DNA from: an uncultured Candidatus Rokubacteria bacterium
Lineage (GTDB): Bacteria; Methylomirabilota; Methylomirabilia; Rokubacteriales; DASRDR01
Assembly (NCBI GenBank): GCA_963708025.1
Contig: CAVPSB010000022.1
Coordinates: 1-64,000 of the forward strand
Direction of reading: 5' to 3'
DNA length: 64,000 nt
The position numbers and the translations under genes were made by a program. This document shows positions 45,859-57,444 of this stretch, one piece after another (positions within the stretch are counted from its first letter, which is position 1; the number at the start of each line of letters is the position of its first letter). Below the pieces are notes generated by a model. The model had not been told where the DNA came from and made no database searches. It saw only the letters and a list, made by a program, of their open reading frames with translations.

Positions 45859-46641
45859 TCAGACGTCCCAGCCGCCGTCCACCGTGAGGCACTGCCCGGT
45901 CATGTTGCGGGAGTCGTCCGTGCAGAGGAAGCAGACGGCGCCGGCCACGTCCTCGGCCGTCGTGACGCGGCGGAGCGCCATCTCCTGGACGTACTCGGCG
46001 TGGACCTGCTCCGGGGTCCAGCCGCGCTTCCGGGCCTTCTCGCGGCAGAGCCGGTCCATCCGCTCGCCGGCCACGATCCCGGGGGCGACGCAGTTCACGT
46101 TGATCCCGTGGGGCCCGACCTCCAGGGCGACCGTGCGGGTGAAGCCCCGGATCGCCCACTTCGACGACGAGTAGGCCGCCCGGAGCTTGTAGCCGCGGAG
46201 GCCCGAGGTCCCGGCGATGTTGACGATCTTGCCGCGCCGCTGGCGCAGCATCACCGGCACCACGTGCTTGGTCGGCAGGAACGTCCCGCGGAGGTTCACG
46301 GCCAGGACCTCGTCCCAGTCCTCGACCTCGATCTCGTGGACCGGCGTCTCGACCGGCCCGGTGGTCCCCGCGCAGTTCACCAGCACGTCGATCCGCCCGC
46401 CGAGGCCGTCGAGCGCGGCCTCGACCATGGCCCGCACCGAGGCCTCGTCCCGGACGTCGGCCGGCACCACGAGGGCCCGGCGGCCGCCGGCCCGCACCTC
46501 GGCCGCCACCGCCTCCAGCGGCGCCATTTCCCGGGCGGCCAGGACGCAGTCCGCGCCCTCGCCGGCCAGGCGCAGCACGACCGCCCGCCCCATGCCCTTG
46601 GCGGCGCCGGTCACGACCGCGACCTGGTCCCGGAGCTTCAT
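45859..46641 (-). CDS. SDR family oxidoreductase
   Basis: TGAAKGMG, VNCAG, YSSSK and VDGG motifs. Confidence 0.93.
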   Translation of the reverse strand: MKLRDQVAVVTGAAKGMGRAVVLRLAGEGADCVLAAREMAPLEAVAAEVRAGGRRALVVPADVRDEASVRAMVEAALDGLGGRIDVLVNCAGTTGPVETPVHEIEVEDWDEVLAVNLRGTFLPTKHVVPVMLRQRRGKIVNIAGTSGLRGYKLRAAYSSSKWAIRGFTRTVALEVGPHGINVNCVAPGIVAGERMDRLCREKARKRGWTPEQVHAEYVQEMALRRVTTAEDVAGAVCFLCTDDSRNMTGQCLTVDGGWDV

Positions 46642-48265
46642 GCCCCCTCTCCCACGTAGCCTTCCAGGCGGTCGCGCGCGGCCAGCTCGGCCGGCCGCTT
46701 CGCCGGATCGCCGTAGCCGCCGCCGCCCGAGGTCTCGATCAGCACCACGTCGCCGGGCTGGAGGGCCACCGTCTCCTTCCCCTTGACGTCGCGCCGGCTC
46801 CCGTCGCGCTCGAGCGTGATCCGGTAGGGCCGGCCGTCGGCCCCGCCGAAGGCGCCCCAGGGCGGGACGACACGGCGCTCCAGCATGGTGGTGAGCGTCG
46901 TCTCGGCCAGGACCCGGTAGGCGCGCGTGAGGCCGCAGCCGCCCCGATACGTCCCGCCGCCACCGCTCCCCGGCCGCAGCGCGTGGTGCAGGATCTCTAT
47001 CGGGTACTCGGTCTCGATCACCTCGGTCGGATGGTTCATGACGTTCGACATGTGGACCCGCATGGCGTGGCCGCCGTCCCGGTGGGCGCCGGCGCCCTCG
47101 CCGCCGCCGTGGACCTCGTAGAGGATGTGCCAGCGGCCCCCGTGCCGGGTGCCGAAGAGGAGAAGACCGGAGGTCGTCGGGCCGCCGGCCGTGATCCGCT
47201 CGGGGATCGCCTGGCCGAGCGCCTTGTAGCAGGCGTCCACCACGCGCTGGGAGGTCTCGTGGTTGCCGCCCACCACGGGCGCCCCGGGCGCCGGGCTCAG
47301 GATGGTGTCCGGCGGGACGGCGATGGCGATCGGACGGTAGCAGCCGTCGTTCCCCGGCACGTCGGGCGCCACCAGCGACTTCAGGCTGTAGTAGACGGCC
47401 GAGGCGGCGACGAACGGCGTCGTGTTGACCGGGCCCTTCACGGTCGCGCCGGTGCCGGCGAAGTCGAACCGCGCGCGTGTCGCCGCGCACCGTCACCGTC
47501 ACCCGGATGGGCACCGGCCGGTCCTCGTGGCCGTCGTCGTCCACCCAGTCCTCGCCCGAGTACACGCCGGACGGGATCGTGCGGATCGCCGCTCGCATCT
47601 GGGCCTCGCCGGCCGCGCGCACGCGGTCGAAGCAGCCGAGCACCGCCGGCGGGCCGTACCGCTCGAACAGCTCCTCGAGTCGCCGGGCTGCCACGTCGAC
47701 GGCCGCGAACTGGGCGTAGCAGTCGCCCTCGCGCTCCTCCCGCCCGCGCACGTTCGACATGATGAGGTCGAAGGCGGGGGTCGGGCCGCGGCGGTCGAAG
47801 ACCTTGATCGGCGCGATGCGGAGCCCCTCCTGAACCGCCTCGGTCGCCCAGGGGACGTAGGAGCCGGGGACGGCGCCGCCGATGTCGGCCCAGTGGGCCA
47901 GGCTGATGGCGAATGCCGCCAGGCGGCCGCCGGCGAAGACCGGGCGGATCGCCTTCACGTCGGGCAGGTGGTTGCCGCCGACCTCGGGCAGGTTCGGTAG
48001 TAGACGTCGCCGGCGCGCAGGTCCCGGCGGCGGATCCGCTGGAGGAACGCCTTGACGGTGAAGGCCATGACGCCGAGGTGGATCGGGATGTCCCGGCCCT
48101 GGGCGATGAGGCGGCCGCGGGAATCGGTCAGCGCGCTGGAGAGGTCGCCGGCCTCCTTGAGGAGCGGCGAGCGCGCCGAGCGCATGACGATCACGCTCAT
48201 CTCCTCGGCGATCGCCAGGACGGCGTGCCGGACGACCTCGAGCGGTGATCGGGCTGATGCTCATG
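46638..48265 (-). CDS. Hydantoinase B/oxoprolinase family; frameshifts near 48245, 47995 and 47475
   Basis: IPIHLG, GGNHLPD, AHWADIGG, EVIETEYP and SGGGGYGDP motifs. Confidence 0.88.
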
Positions 48266-48268
48266 CCC

Positions 48269-50268
48269 TCACGTCCGCATCTCGATGAGCAGGTTGCCGT
48301 AGCGGTCGAGGGTGCCGGTCTGCCCCGGATAGACGAGGGTCGTGGCCCAGGGATCCTCGACGAGGGCCGGCCCCTTGAGCGGATGCTCGGGCGCCAGGTC
48401 GGCCCGCCGGTACACGGGCAGCGCCACCTCGCCGATCTCGGCGAAGTAGGCGCGCTGCTCGCCCACGGCGGCGACGGGGCCGGTCGACCGGCCACTCGGG
48501 AAAGCGCGCCGCCGCGACGGGCACCGCGGCCCGGACGCGCAGGTTCACGCACTCCATCGCCTCGCCGGTGGCGTAGCCGTAGAGACGCTGGTGCAGGGCC
48601 TGGAAGTCCCGGCGCAGCCCGTCCAGGTCGCCCCGCCACGCGACCTCCAGCTCGTAGTTCTGCCCGAGGTAGCGGACGTCCACGCTCCGGTCGAGCTGGA
48701 TCGCCGGGCCGGCGTGCCCCTCGGCGAGCAGCGGCGCCGTCACCGCGGCGGCCAGCGGGGCGAGGCGGGCCTCCAGGTCGGCCGCCTGGAGCCGCTCGAG
48801 CGGGCAGCGGAAGGTCTGCACGTGGTCGTAGGCCACGTCGGTCACCGCGCAGCCGAGCGCCGAGAAGAGCCCGGCGTGGGCCGGGACGACGACCCGGGGT
48901 ATGCCCAGCTCCTGGGCCAGCCGCCCGCCGTGGAGCGGCCCGGCGCCGCCGTAGGCGATCAGCGTGAACTCCCGGAGGTCGAAGCCGCGCTGCACCGAGA
49001 TCAGCCGGATGGCGCGCCGCATCGCCGCGTTGGCCACCTCCAGCACGCCGGACGCCGCCTCCGCGAGGCCGAGCCCGAGCGCCCGCGCCACCGGGTCCAG
49101 CGCGGCCGCGGCCGGCTCGCGCGCGATGCGGATCGTCTCGCCGAGGAGGGCGTCCGCCCGCAAGGTGCCCGGCGACGACGTGGGCGTCGGTCACGGTCGC
49201 CGCGGTCCCGCCGGCGCCGTAGCAGGCCGGGCCGGGTCGGGCGCCGGCGCTGGCCGGGCCGACGCGAAGGAAGCCGGCGGCGTCCACCTGGGCCAGGGAG
49301 CCGCCGCCGGCCCCGATCGATTCCACCGCCACCGAGGGCAGCCGCATGGGCTGGCCGCCCAGCCGGCGCTGGGGCAGGGTCTGGGCCCGACCGTCGGCGA
49401 TCAGGCACACGTCGGTCGTGGTGCCGCCCATGTCGAAGGCGATCGCGTTGCGGAGGCCGAGGGCGCGCGCCAGGAACCGGGACGCGGCGACGCCGCCGGC
49501 GGGACCGGAGACGGCCATGGCCAGCGGGCGGCGCCGGGCGGCCGCCGTGGACATCATGCCGCCGTTCGACTGCAGGAGGTGCAGCGGGCCGGCGAGGCCG
49601 ATGCCGGCCAGCGAGGTCTCGAGGTCGGCCAGGTAGCGGTCGGCGACCGGCATGACGGCCGCGTTGAGCGCCGTGGTCGAGCTCCGCTCGTACTCGCGGA
49701 ACTCGGCGTTGATCTCGTGGGAGACCGAGACGTAGGGGAGGGCGCCTTCGAGCGCCGCCTTCAGGCGCGCCTCGTGGGCGGGATGGGCGTAGGCGTGGAG
49801 GAGGCAGACCGCCACCGCCTCGACGCCCGCCGCCCGGAGGGCGGCGACGAGCGCGGGCAGCTCGGCCTCGGCCACCGGCACCACGACGCGGCCGTCGCCG
49901 GCCACGCGCTCGGTGACCTCGAAGCTGAGGTGCCGGGGCACCAGCGGCGCCGGTCGCGGCGGGACGTCCAGCCGATAGAGGTCGTCGCGGCTCTGGCGGG
50001 CGATCTCCAGGACGTCGCGGAACCCGCGGGTCGTCACCAGGGCCGTCCGCGCCGTCTTGCCCTCGACGATGGCGTTGGTGACGATGGTCGTCCCGTGGGC
50101 GATCGCGCCCGGCGCCGGGCCCAGGGCCTGCAGCCCGTAGAGGACGGCGCGGGCCGGCGCGTCGGGCGTGGTGAGGACCTTGCGCGACCGGATCACGCCC
50201 GAGTCGGGCTCGATGGCGACGAGGTCGGTGAAGGTGCCCCCGACGTCGACCCCCACGCGGGCCGTCAT
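48269..50268 (-). CDS. Hydantoinase A/oxoprolinase family; frameshifts near 49168 and 48480
   Basis: DVGGTFTD, HGTT, SGPAGG, DMGGTTTD, GAGGGS and AYGGAG motifs. Confidence 0.9.
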
Positions 50269-50319
50269 GTGAGATCTCGACGAACGCCGCTCATCGGGGC
50301 CGGGCCCGGATCCCAGCCC

Positions 50320-50342
50320 CGGCCAAAGGCCGAAGGCCATCC
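50320..50342. repeat. Isolated CAAAGGCCGAAGGCC module of the repeat family (copy H)
   Basis: Reverse complement of the GGCCTTCGGCCTTTG module. Confidence 0.6.
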
Positions 50343-50532
50343 GATCGACGCAGGGAGGAGGCGGGCCGAGGCGTATGCCGCATACGTCCATCTGGTCGCG
50401 ACGCCTCGGGCCTGCGGCCCTCGGGACGTCGCTCCCTTCTGGGAGGCCCGCCGACGACCCCAGAGGCCGGGACGTCCGCGGCCCGGCCGAGATGAACGGA
50501 CGACCCGGGGCGAAGGGGACTGGCCCGGCCCC

Positions 50533-51802
50533 TCACTTGCGCTCGGACCACTTCGGGATCGGATAGACCACGTCGCGCGTGGCCATCTCGAACGGCCACA
50601 CGGTGTGGTACTTGCCGCCCTGGAGCTGCATGATGATCGCGCGGACACCGGTGTTCTGGCCGGTCTCGTCGAACTTGACGCCCGTCCACGGCACGATGAG
50701 GTCGGCCGGCTTGACGTCGGTGGCGGCCAGCGCCTTCCGGATCGCCTCGGGCTCGGTGGAGCCGGCCCGGTTGATCGCGTCCACCAGGGTCACGATTCCG
50801 GTGAAGGCCTGCGCCGGCAGGTCGTAGAGGTCCTTGCTCGAGCGCGCCTTGTACGGCCCGTTGAGCGCCTTCGCCACCGGGTTCTGGTCGATCCGATCGG
50901 AGGGAAAGGGCGACCGCGACATGTAGCCGTCCGAGTCCTTCCCGGTCTGCTCGACGAACTTCGGGTCGATGTGCCCCGCGTTCTGGGCCAGGATCATCTT
51001 GGGGTTCCAGTCCAGCTCCTTCGCCGTCCGGTTGAAGAGGACGGCGTCCGACTGGTACGAGATCGGAAGCCAGACGTCCGGGTTGGCCGCCTTCAGCTTC
51101 TGCACCTCGGCAGTCAGCGTGGTGCTGTTCGCCCGGTACGGGAAGTCGGCCACGACCTTGTAGCCGTACTTCGCGGCCAGCGTCCGCTGGACCTTGGCCG
51201 AATCGGTCCCGAACAGCGTGTCCTCGTTGGTGATCGCGATGCTCTCCAGCTTCACGCCCTTCTTCTTCTGGAAGTCGGCGATGAAGTCGAACATGGCCTG
51301 GCTGAAGTGCTCGTCGTGGGGCGAGGTGCGGAAGAACCACTTGAAGCCGCGGCGGGTGAGCCCCGGCGCGGCGGACTCGGCGGTCAGGAACGGGACGGCG
51401 AAGCGCTCGGCGACCTGACTGGTCGTTGCGGTCACGCTCGACTGCCAGGAGCCGATCAGGGCGTGGACCTTCTCCTGGGTGATCAGCCGCTCGGCCTCCG
51501 ACTGCCCGAGGTCCGGCTTGCCCTGGTGGTCAACGAAGATCAGCCGCAGCCGGGCGCCGCCCCCCACGCCCTTGAGCCCCTTGAGGCTCTGGTAGAAGGC
51601 GCCGGGCAGCATCGCCTCCTTGCCGTTCACCATGTCGGCGAACAGCTCGAAGACGTGCTTCGCGTCGATCCCGGCCGAGGCGGTCGGGCCCGCTCAGCGG
51701 GTAGAGAAGGCCGACCACGACCTCCTTCGGCTGAGCGGCGGCCGGGACGGCGGTCAGGGCGAGGACGGCGAGCGCCAGGGCGAGCGGCCGGGGCATGCGC
51801 AT
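50533..51802 (-). CDS. Branched-chain amino acid-type ABC substrate-binding protein; frameshift near 51687
   Basis: Signal peptide, GLLYPLSG, AERLITQEKV and WFFRTSP motifs. Confidence 0.88.
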
Positions 51803-51925
51803 GGCTCCTCCTCGCACAGTGTGACCTCCGCTCAAAGCGCCCTCGGACGCGGACATACTGACGATCGCCAGGACCGCCAGATCCTATGATGATCGCCATG
51901 GTCAATCGGACGGCTGGATGGTGCG

Positions 51926-51955
51926 AACCTATCAGTCGAAATGTACCGGGGTCAA
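51926..51955 (-). promoter_or_regulatory. Sigma70-type promoter of the SBP-hyuAB unit
   Basis: TTGACC-N18-TAGGTT with TGn extension. Confidence 0.5.
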
Positions 51956-52980
51956 GGGCCCCCGCACCGGACGGCGGGGATCACCCCGGCCGCGAAGGCG
52001 CGGACGGTGGGCCGCCAGTCTTCGAGGGACGGAGGCCGGATCGCGATCTCGTCGAACCCGAGGTCGCCGACGGCGCGGAGCCCGGCGACGACGTCGGCCG
52101 GGGTGCCGCCGAGCGCGAAGGCGTCCACGTAGTCGTCCGGCAGGAAGTCGGCGTCGCGCACAGCCTGGGCCCACTGGTCGGAATGGACGAGGTCGTAGCG
52201 GGCGTAGTCCGCCTGGAAGCGGCCGAGCACCTCCCGCAGCGACGGATCGAGCGGCAGCCCGGCCATCGAGCAGAGCCCGGGGAAGTGCTGGCAGAACCAC
52301 GAGACGCTGGGCTTGAGCCGCCGCCGGGCCGTCGCCCGATCGCCGGCGATGACGCAGAAGAAGAAGGCGACGACGGCCAGGTCCGAGGTCTTCCGGCCCG
52401 CCGCCCGCGCCCCGGCCTCGAGGCGCTCGCGCGCCGCCTCGAGCACGGCCGGGCGCGCCCCGACGTTCAGGACGACGCCGTCGGCCACGCGGCCGGCCAG
52501 CTCGGCGGCCTTGAGGCCGGTCGCGACCACGTACACGGGCGGCGGCGCCAAGCCGGCGAACCGGATGCCGAAGCGGCCGCCGGCGTAGTCGACGGCCCGG
52601 CCGGCGAGCAGCTCGCGCAGCTCCACGACGGCGCGCTCGAGGTCGGCGAGCCGCGCGGGGCTCGCGCCGACCCGGCGGACGGCGGAATCGCCGGTGGCGA
52701 TCCCGAGCCGCGCGCGGCCACCCGAGACCTCGTGCGTGGTCAGGATCGCGTTGGCGGTGACGGCCGGGTGGCGGGTCAGCGGGTTGGTGGCCAGCGTGCC
52801 GAGGTGGACCCGGCGCGTCTCGCGCGCGAGGAGCGCGAGCGTCGCGTAGGGGTCGCGGTAGAGCATCGGCGAGTCCGGCACCCACAGGGTGTCGAAGCCG
52901 CCCGCCTCCGCCTCGGCCCCGAGCCGCACCTGCTCCTCGACCGGGGCGTAGAGGGCGCCGAACGAGACGCCGAAGCGCAT
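51952..52980 (-). CDS. LLM-class flavin/F420-dependent oxidoreductase (Mer-like)
   Basis: AEAGGFDTLWVPDS, TNPLTRHP, SGGRARLGIATGD and AGRVADG motifs. Confidence 0.9.
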   Translation of the reverse strand: MRFGVSFGALYAPVEEQVRLGAEAEAGGFDTLWVPDSPMLYRDPYATLALLARETRRVHLGTLATNPLTRHPAVTANAILTTHEVSGGRARLGIATGDSAVRRVGASPARLADLERAVVELRELLAGRAVDYAGGRFGIRFAGLAPPPVYVVATGLKAAELAGRVADGVVLNVGARPAVLEAARERLEAGARAAGRKTSDLAVVAFFFCVIAGDRATARRRLKPSVSWFCQHFPGLCSMAGLPLDPSLREVLGRFQADYARYDLVHSDQWAQAVRDADFLPDDYVDAFALGGTPADVVAGLRAVGDLGFDEIAIRPPSLEDWRPTVRAFAAGVIPAVRCGGP

Positions 52981-52986
52981 GGACCT

Positions 52987-53023
52987 CCTCACCCTGACCC
53001 TCTCCCCCGGCGGGGGAGAGGGA
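52987..53023. repeat. REP-like hairpin (copy I)
   Basis: CCTCACCCTGA-CCCTCTCCCCCG-G-CGGGGGAGAGGG. Confidence 0.7.
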
Positions 53024-53050
53024 AAGGAAGGTCAGCCGTCACACCGGTCC

Positions 53051-53725
53051 TCAGCGGCCGGGGGCGAGCCAGTCCGCGAGCTCGGCGAGCGTCCGGAACT
53101 CGCGGTCGGGGCGCGCCTCGCCGGTCGGCCGCTCGCCTTTGCGGTTGATCCAGGCGACCGGGATACCGAGCGCGCGGGCCGGGACCACGTCGTGGAAGTA
53201 GCTCTGGGCGGCGTGGAGCCAGCGGCCTCCGCCCACGTGCTCGCGCCCGCGCTCGAAGTGCGGCGCCGCCGGCTTGTAGCTGCCGACCTCCTGGGCGGTC
53301 ACCCAGAAGTCGAAGGGCACCGCAAAGCGCCGCCGGCTGCCGGCGAGCAGGTCGTCGTCCACGTTGGAGAGGATCCCCAGCCGGTAGCCGGCGCCGCGGA
53401 GCCGCTGGAGGGCGGGGTTGGTGTCGGGGAACGGCGGCCAGTCGGGGACGCTGTCGGCCACGAGGGCCGCCCGTCGCTCGTCGAGCGCCCAGCCGAGCCG
53501 GGCCGCCGCCCGCCGGGCGGCCTCGCCGACCACCGCACGGTAGCGGCGGTAGGCCTCGCGCTCGACCACGGGCTCGATCTCGTGGTAGGCGGCGAGGACG
53601 GCGGGGTCGAGCGCGACCCCGTCTGCCCGCGCGGCCTGCTCGAAGGCCGTGCGGAGCCCGCCCTCCCAGTCGATCAGGGTGCCGTAGCAGTCGAAGGTGA
53701 TGACGTCGTAGGGGCGGCTCGCCAT
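53051..53725 (-). CDS. HAD-family hydrolase (haloacid dehalogenase type II-like)
   Basis: FDCYGTLIDW, LSNVD, SYKP and HAAQSYFHD motifs. Confidence 0.92.
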   Translation of the reverse strand: MASRPYDVITFDCYGTLIDWEGGLRTAFEQAARADGVALDPAVLAAYHEIEPVVEREAYRRYRAVVGEAARRAAARLGWALDERRAALVADSVPDWPPFPDTNPALQRLRGAGYRLGILSNVDDDLLAGSRRRFAVPFDFWVTAQEVGSYKPAAPHFERGREHVGGGRWLHAAQSYFHDVVPARALGIPVAWINRKGERPTGEARPDREFRTLAELADWLAPGR

Positions 53726-53728
53726 TAG

Positions 53729-53837
53729 TTCGGCACCTCCCGCCCACCCGATTCCTCGACGGCCTTCGGCCTTTGGCCCCCTCCCCCACCCACTGGGGGG
53801 AGGGGGGAGCCGGAGCACCGGATTCTTTCACGCGCGC
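53729..53837. repeat. REP-like element (copy D)
   Basis: One GGCCTTCGGCC module, C-run/G-run hairpin and GATTCTTTCACGCGCGC end. Confidence 0.85.
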
Positions 53838-54612
53838 TCAGGGGAGCCAATCGCGCAGCGGCTTCACCTGGATGCCGGCCCGGTCCAGCGCCTCCCGGAC
53901 CGCCCGGACGATGCGCTCGGCCCCCGGCGTGTCGCCGTGGCAGCAGATCGTCTGGACGCTGATGTCGATGTCCACGCCGTCGATCGTCCGGACCTTCCCC
54001 TCGGACGCCATCCGGACCGCCTGGGCGGCCGCCCGCTCGGGATCCGTGATGAGCGCCCCGGCCTTCTTCCGCGAGACGAGCGTGCCCGTCCACCTCGTAG
54101 GCGCGGTCCGCGAAGCCCTCGGAGGCCACGCGGGCGCCCATCTTCCGGCAGTGGGCGTCGAACTTCCCCGAGGCCAGCGTCATCAGGATGAGCCGCTCGC
54201 CCGACTCCCGCGACGCCTCGCCGATGGCCTGGGCGAGCGCCTCCTGCCCTTCGGCCATGGTGTAGAGGATGCCGTGGGGCTTGACGTGCTGCAGCTCGAC
54301 GCCGGCCGCCCGGCAGAACTCCCGGACCGCGCCCACCTGGTAGCAGACGTAGTCCTTCAGCTCGGCCGGCGTCACGTCCATCACCCGGCGTCCGAAGCCC
54401 ATGAGGTCGGGGAGCGAGGGATGGGCGCCGACCGCGACCCGGTGCCGCAACGCCAGGGCCACGGTCTTGCGGATCACGTGGGGGTCCCCGCCGTGGAACC
54501 CGCAGGCGACGTTGGCCGAGGAGATGTGGGGCATGACGGCCTCGTCGGCCCCGAGGGTCCAGCGCCCGTAGGACTCGCCCATGTCGCAGTTGAGGTCGAT
54601 CACCTTCGCCAT
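53838..54612 (-). CDS. pxpA: 5-oxoprolinase subunit A (LamB/YcsF); frameshift near 54086
   Basis: DLNCDMGES, ACGFHGGDP, HVKPHG, FADRAY and TICCHGD motifs. Confidence 0.9.
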
Positions 54613-54623
54613 GTCGCCGCTCC

Positions 54624-55572
54624 TCATCTCGCCGCCACCGCGGCGTCGAGCCGGGTCCGCTCCTCCCGCACCGCGGCGTGGGCCTCGTCGAGCGTCACCC
54701 GGCGGAAGCGCACGCGGTGCCCCGGCCGGCTCTGGCCGAGCCGGGCGATGTCCACGCTGATGACCGTCGCGATCTTCGTGTAGCCGCCGGTCGTCTGCCG
54801 GTCCACCAGCAGGACGATCGGCTGGCCCTCCCCGGGCACCTGGATGCCGCCCAGCGGGATGCCGTCCGAGATGATGTCGTGCCCGCGGGCGTGCGTGATC
54901 AGGGGCCCCTTCAGACGATACCCCATCCGGTCGGCCTGCGGCGTGACCTCGTAGGGGCCGGCCAGGAACGCCGCGATGCCCTCCGGCGTGAAGCGGTCGT
55001 CCTGGGGACCGAGGATGACGCGGCACTCGACCTCGCTGCCGTACGCCGGCCGCCGCGCCTCCGGCACCGTCCGGCCCTCCAGGCCCTCGAGCGGGCCAGC
55101 CGGCGGGCCGAGCGGGCAGCGCGTCCCCCTTCTGGAGGGCCCGGCCCTCCACCCCGCCCAGCCGGCCGCGGAGATACGTCGAGCGCGAGCCGAGGGCGGG
55201 GGGCAGCGCGAGCCCACCGGCCACCGCGAGGTAGGCGCGGCAGCCCGCCGTCACCATGCGGAAGCCGACGACGTCGCCGGGGCGCAGGCGGATCGCGGTC
55301 CACGCGGCCACGGCCTCGCCGTTCACGGCCAGGCCCATGTCGGCGCCCGTGACCGCCACCACGCACTCCCGGCGCACCTCGAGACGCGGGCCCCGGAGCG
55401 TGAGCTCGAGCCCGGCGGCGCCGTCCGGGTTGCCGACCAGCCGGTTGGCCAGGACGAAGGCGCCGCGGTCGAGCGGCCCCGACGGCGGGATGCCGACCCG
55501 CTGGTAGCCGGGCCGCCCGAGGTCCTGGACCGTGGTCAGGAGCCCGGGATCGAGGACGACGAGATCGCTCAT
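54624..55572 (-). CDS. pxpC: 5-oxoprolinase subunit C; frameshift near 55115
   Basis: TTVQDLGRPG, ANRLVGN, DRMGYRL and DRQTTGGY motifs. Confidence 0.88.
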
Positions 55573-56304
55573 GCGGAGCCGGCGATCGCGGGCCGATGCG
55601 TCCCGCCCGCCACCGCCTCGGCGATGGCGCGGAACTCGTCGGGGTCGATCGCCCGGAAGCGGACACGGTCGCCGGCGCGGAGGAGGATCGGGTCGGCCGC
55701 GCCCGGGTCGTAGAGGCGGAGCGGGGTGCGTCCCAGCAGCCAGAAGCCGCCCGGGCTCTCCACGGAGTAGATCGAGCACTGCGTCCCGCCGATCCCGACG
55801 CTTCCCGGCGGCGTCTTCGTCCGCGGGCGATCGAGCCGCGGGATCGTCAGCCGCTCCGGCATGCCCGGTCATGTAGGGCAGTCCCGGCGTGAACCCGATG
55901 AAGTAGACGAAGTGCTCGGTGCCGGAGTGGAGGCGCACCACCTCCGCCGGGTCGAGCCCGAGCCGCCGCGCCACCTCCTCGAGGTCGGGACCGTGCTCGC
56001 CCCCGTAGGCGCACGGCAGCTCCACGTGCCGGCCCGCCGGCGGCGCCATCATCGCCAGCTGAGGCGCGAGGGCCCGGACCCGGCTGATGAACTCCTCGGC
56101 GGCGAGCACCAGCGGGTCGTAGTAGACCAGGAGCGACCGGAAGGTCGGCACGGTCTCCACGATGCCGGGGACCCGCCGATCGGCCAGGAGCCGCTCGAGC
56201 GTCAGCACCCGCGCGTTCGCCTCGCGCGAGATCTCGTCGGCCAGCTCGACGGAGACGGCGAGGTCCCCGGCGGGCAGGACGCGGGGCTCGGCGTAGATGG
56301 TCAT
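55569..56304 (-). CDS. pxpB: 5-oxoprolinase subunit B; frameshift near 55865
   Basis: GPDLEEVA, GFTPG, GSVGIGG and SPGGFWLLGRT motifs. Confidence 0.88.
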
Positions 56305-56311
56305 GCCCCGG

Positions 56312-57274
56312 TCACGGCGTGAGGTCGGAGATCTCTCGATAGAGCGGCGGCAGCCGGTCGGCCAGCAGGTTGAGGCCGAAGAACCACTTGGTCCGCGCCT
56401 TGAGCACCTCGCCCTTGATGTCGAGCCCGTGGGCGATGGCCAGGCCCTCCTCCTTCCCGATCTCGACCAGCGGGACCCCGCTGGGGTGGATGATGCGGCT
56501 GTGACCGTAGAAGTCGAAGCAGCCCTTGGGGTCCACCCCCACGTGGTCCGAGGAGACGAACCAGACCTGGTTCTCCATGGCCCGGCACTTCTCGAAGACG
56601 TCGTAGGTGTAGCCGGAGTACTCCTCGGTCAGCACGCTTCCTCCCACCGTCAGCGGCCCGCTCTTGGGATACGCGGTCGGCATCACGAGCAGCTCGACGC
56701 CCTTGAGCGCGTAGACGCGCGACGGCTCCGGAAAGCACTTGTCGTAGCAGATCTGCATGCCGATCCGCCCGAGCGGCGTGTCGAACACGGGGAAACCGCC
56801 TCCCGCGCGGAAGACGTGATGCTCGCCGGCCGGGATGTGGACCTTCCGGTAAGTGCCGATGACTCCACCCGGGCCGAGGAGCACGGCGGTGTTGAACAGG
56901 CAGCCGGTCCCGCCGCCGTACCCCTCGACCCGCTCGGTCATGCCGAAGATCACGTGGAGGTCGTGCCGGCGGGCCACCTCGGTGAGGAGCTGTGTGGTCT
57001 CGCCCGGGACGGGCTCGGCGTTGGCGTACTGGTACTCGAGCTCCTCGGCCGGCAGGGTCCAGTCCGGCGTGAGCTGGTAGAGATAGCCCTGCAGGGACAG
57101 CTCGGGCAACACGACGAGGTCGGCGCCATGGGCGGCCGCCATCTCGATGAACTCGAGGTACTTGGCGCGGTTGGCGCTCTTGTCGTACACGGCGTGCATG
57201 TTGACGGTGGCGATGCTCACGCCCCCGCGGCCCCGCTCCCCCACCTCGACGACCTGATATGCCTGATGACTCAT
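56312..57274 (-). CDS. Carbon-nitrogen hydrolase (nitrilase superfamily)
   Basis: Catalytic triad motifs LPE, YRKVH and ICYD. Confidence 0.92.
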   Translation of the reverse strand: MSHQAYQVVEVGERGRGGVSIATVNMHAVYDKSANRAKYLEFIEMAAAHGADLVVLPELSLQGYLYQLTPDWTLPAEELEYQYANAEPVPGETTQLLTEVARRHDLHVIFGMTERVEGYGGGTGCLFNTAVLLGPGGVIGTYRKVHIPAGEHHVFRAGGGFPVFDTPLGRIGMQICYDKCFPEPSRVYALKGVELLVMPTAYPKSGPLTVGGSVLTEEYSGYTYDVFEKCRAMENQVWFVSSDHVGVDPKGCFDFYGHSRIIHPSGVPLVEIGKEEGLAIAHGLDIKGEVLKARTKWFFGLNLLADRLPPLYREISDLTP

Positions 57275-57363
57275 GGCGTCCCTCCGCTCACTTCCAACAG
57301 CCCATCGGCTTCTCCCGACCCTTCGGCTCAGGCCACGCCGTCATGGCGTTCCGCTTCGAGCCG

Positions 57364-57442
57364 CGGCCCAAAGGCCGAAGGCCGTCCAACAGTCGCGGCC
57401 TCCGCGGGGGGAATCGGGGGGGTCTTCCGAGACCCCCCCGAA
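57364..57442. repeat. Composite REP-like element (copy F)
   Basis: CAAAGGCCGAAGGCCGTCCAAC module joined to the subtype seen at 10128. Confidence 0.8.
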
Positions 57443-57444
57443 TG

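Noticed and set aside
45859-50391. 1510-aa HyuA-HyuB-SDR fusion
   Set aside because: Only patches are in the correct frame; produced by indels.
53725-56304. PxpB-PxpC-PxpA fusion (859 aa)
   Set aside because: Each gene has one +1 indel in a G/C run and its own start codon.
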